Shown piece by piece: positions 56,779 through 58,123 of a DNA stretch of 58,123 bases. Position 1 is the first letter of the stretch; the number at the start of each line of letters is the position of its first letter. The notes beneath the pieces were generated by a model. That model saw nothing but the letters and a program-made list of their open reading frames with translations. It was not told where the DNA came from and did not search any database. Position numbers and translations under genes: made by a program. Source of the stretch: Actinomycetota bacterium (lineage in GTDB: Bacteria > Actinomycetota > Actinomycetes > S36-B12); the NCBI GenBank assembly GCA_046091195.1, contig JBJTBD010000065.1:1-58123 (forward strand), in the 5' to 3' direction.

Positions 56779-57990
56779 ATGAGCCGCAGACTTCCGCGCC
56801 CATCGGAGATCCTCCCTCTCATCGGGCGCCCCGATCGTTCGCGGACGCACCTGCAGCGGCGTCTGAACCGGTGTGCGAGCGTCTGGGACGTGCGCGCCAT
56901 GGCGAAGAAGCGCACTCCGACCGCGGTGTTCGACTACACCGATGGCGCTGCGATGAGCGAGTCGAGTCTCGAGCGCAGTCGCGATGCCTATGCCCGGGTC
57001 GAGTTCACCCCGCGAGTGCTGCGCGATGTGTCCGAGGTGGACATGAGCGTGTCGATGCTCGGCGGAGTCAATGCTCTGCCGTTTGCCTTCGCGCCCACCG
57101 GCTTCACCCGGATGATGCATCACGCGGGGGAGCCCGCGGTCGCGGCTGCAGCGGAGCGTTTCGGGATCGCGTACAGCCTCTCGACGTTGGGAACGACCAG
57201 CATCGAGGCCCTTGCCGCAGCGAGCCCGGGAACCCGGCGCTGGTTCCAGTTGTATGTGTCCCGCGAGCGCGATCGGGCCGAAGACCTCATGCATCGCGCG
57301 AAGGCCTCCGGCTACGACGCGCTGATCCTGACCGTCGATACCGCTGTGGGTGGGATTCGTCGACGCGAGATCCGCAACGGTCTCACCATCCCACCGCAGT
57401 TGACGCTGAAGGCCATGGCGGACATGACGTTGTATCCGCGGTGGTGGTTCAACGTGTTGACCACCGAGCCGCTGGAGTTTGCCAGTCTCACCAGTTCCGG
57501 GGGGACGGTCGGTGATCTCCTCACTCGGGTTTTCGACCCCGGGGTCACCGCAGCCGACATCGCCTGGATCCGGCAGCACTGGACGGGTCCATTGATCGTC
57601 AAGGGCGTGCAGAGTGTTGCCGATGCCCGCATCGTGCGTGACCTGGGCGTCGACGCCATCGTGGTGTCCAACCACGGTGGACGTCAGATCGACCGGGGCA
57701 ATGTCCCGATCGAGATCCTTCCCAGCGTCGTGACCGCGGTCGGCTCGGACATCGAGGTCTACGTCGATGGCGGGATCACCTCAGGCACCGACATCGTGGC
57801 CGCACTCGCCCTCGGTGCCAGGGGGACCTTCGTCGGGCGGGCCTATCTCTACGGGCTCATGGCGGGGGGCTACGACGGGGTCGTGCGCGTGGTGGAGATC
57901 CTGGAGAAGGAGATCCGGACCACGATGCAACTGCTGGGCGTGACCTCGGTGGCCGAGCTCGAGCCCGGGATGGTCCGCCTCCGCCCCTGA
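56779..57990 (+). CDS. FMN-dependent alpha-hydroxy-acid oxidising enzyme (L-lactate dehydrogenase-like)
   Basis: FDYTDGAAMSE, WFQLYV, LTVDT, VKGV, VVSNHGGRQID and DGGITSGTDIV motifs. Confidence 0.85.
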   Translation: MSRRLPRPSEILPLIGRPDRSRTHLQRRLNRCASVWDVRAMAKKRTPTAVFDYTDGAAMSESSLERSRDAYARVEFTPRVLRDVSEVDMSVSMLGGVNALPFAFAPTGFTRMMHHAGEPAVAAAAERFGIAYSLSTLGTTSIEALAAASPGTRRWFQLYVSRERDRAEDLMHRAKASGYDALILTVDTAVGGIRRREIRNGLTIPPQLTLKAMADMTLYPRWWFNVLTTEPLEFASLTSSGGTVGDLLTRVFDPGVTAADIAWIRQHWTGPLIVKGVQSVADARIVRDLGVDAIVVSNHGGRQIDRGNVPIEILPSVVTAVGSDIEVYVDGGITSGTDIVAALALGARGTFVGRAYLYGLMAGGYDGVVRVVEILEKEIRTTMQLLGVTSVAELEPGMVRLRP

Positions 57991-58018
57991 TGTCGGACCC
58001 CCGACCTACCGTCGGTCC

Positions 58019-58123
58019 ATGATCATCGACTGTGGAAGTTGCAGGGTCGCGGGAGACGCCTGCTCGGACTGCGTGGTCTCCGTCCTCCTCGGGCCGCCGG
58101 GCACTGTCCAGATAGCGGACGAG
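58019..58123 (+). CDS. 5' fragment of a Cys-rich hypothetical protein (continues past window end)
   Basis: ATG at 58019, open to the window end (MIIDCGSCRVAGDACSDCVVSVLLGPPGTVQIADE). Too short to assess. Confidence 0.25.
   Translation, partial: MIIDCGSCRVAGDACSDCVVSVLLGPPGTVQIADE

Noticed and set aside
1-58123. Searched for mobile elements, integrases, transposases, phage genes, defence systems, and toxin-antitoxin or CRISPR-Cas loci
   Set aside because: No ORF shows recombinase, transposase or Cas-like motifs. I saw no inverted terminal repeats or compositional islands apart from the short AT-rich promoter patch near 4636-4680.

Overview
High-GC actinobacterial chromosomal core segment (G+C judged by eye, not computed). 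It is densely packed, with about 60 CDS on both strands and many 4-nt ATGA/GTGA start/stop overlaps. I found no rRNA, tRNA, CRISPR array or recognisable mobile element. Gene order follows the conserved actinobacterial block I know from M. tuberculosis Rv2190c-Rv2222c and the equivalent S. coelicolor region: glnA2-glnE, glnA, RDD protein, lipA-lipB, E2 acyltransferase-lpd, pepA, gcvT, PfkB kinase, ctaC-ctaD-ctaF, ctaE-qcrC-qcrA-qcrB, trpD and a DEDD-exonuclease/GIY-YIG protein. Interspersed housekeeping genes include map, ppgK, panB, nadE, nadA, erpA, aat, pspA and htpX. The stand-out locus is a clear cobalamin riboswitch with an antiterminator/terminator expression platform (34017-34190, minus strand). 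It sits in front of a six-gene, translationally coupled operon (28136-33972). That operon encodes a secreted alpha/alpha-toroid (prenyltransferase/squalene-oxidase repeat) protein and a secreted, C-terminally anchored SCO2322-like protein. It also encodes a dedicated ECF transporter (EcfT, fused EcfA1A2, an unassigned S component) and a truncated, motif-degenerate CobT-like protein. I interpret this as a candidate, functionally uncharacterised corrinoid (or lower-ligand) capture and uptake system. Three enzymes show apparent loss of canonical catalytic or cofactor residues directly in the sequence. MetAP has the metal-ligand His replaced by Leu. CtaC has the first CuA His replaced by Leu. A NifS/IscS-like protein contains no lysine at all. 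Other observations are GlnR-like direct repeats upstream of glnA and glnA2, a MOSC gene coupled to lipA-lipB, a conserved lipoyl-domain duplication plus a 15-bp tandem repeat in the E2 gene, and five convergent gene pairs that share a 4-nt stop-codon overlap. The many long antisense ORFs in the track are GC-driven shadows and were rejected.
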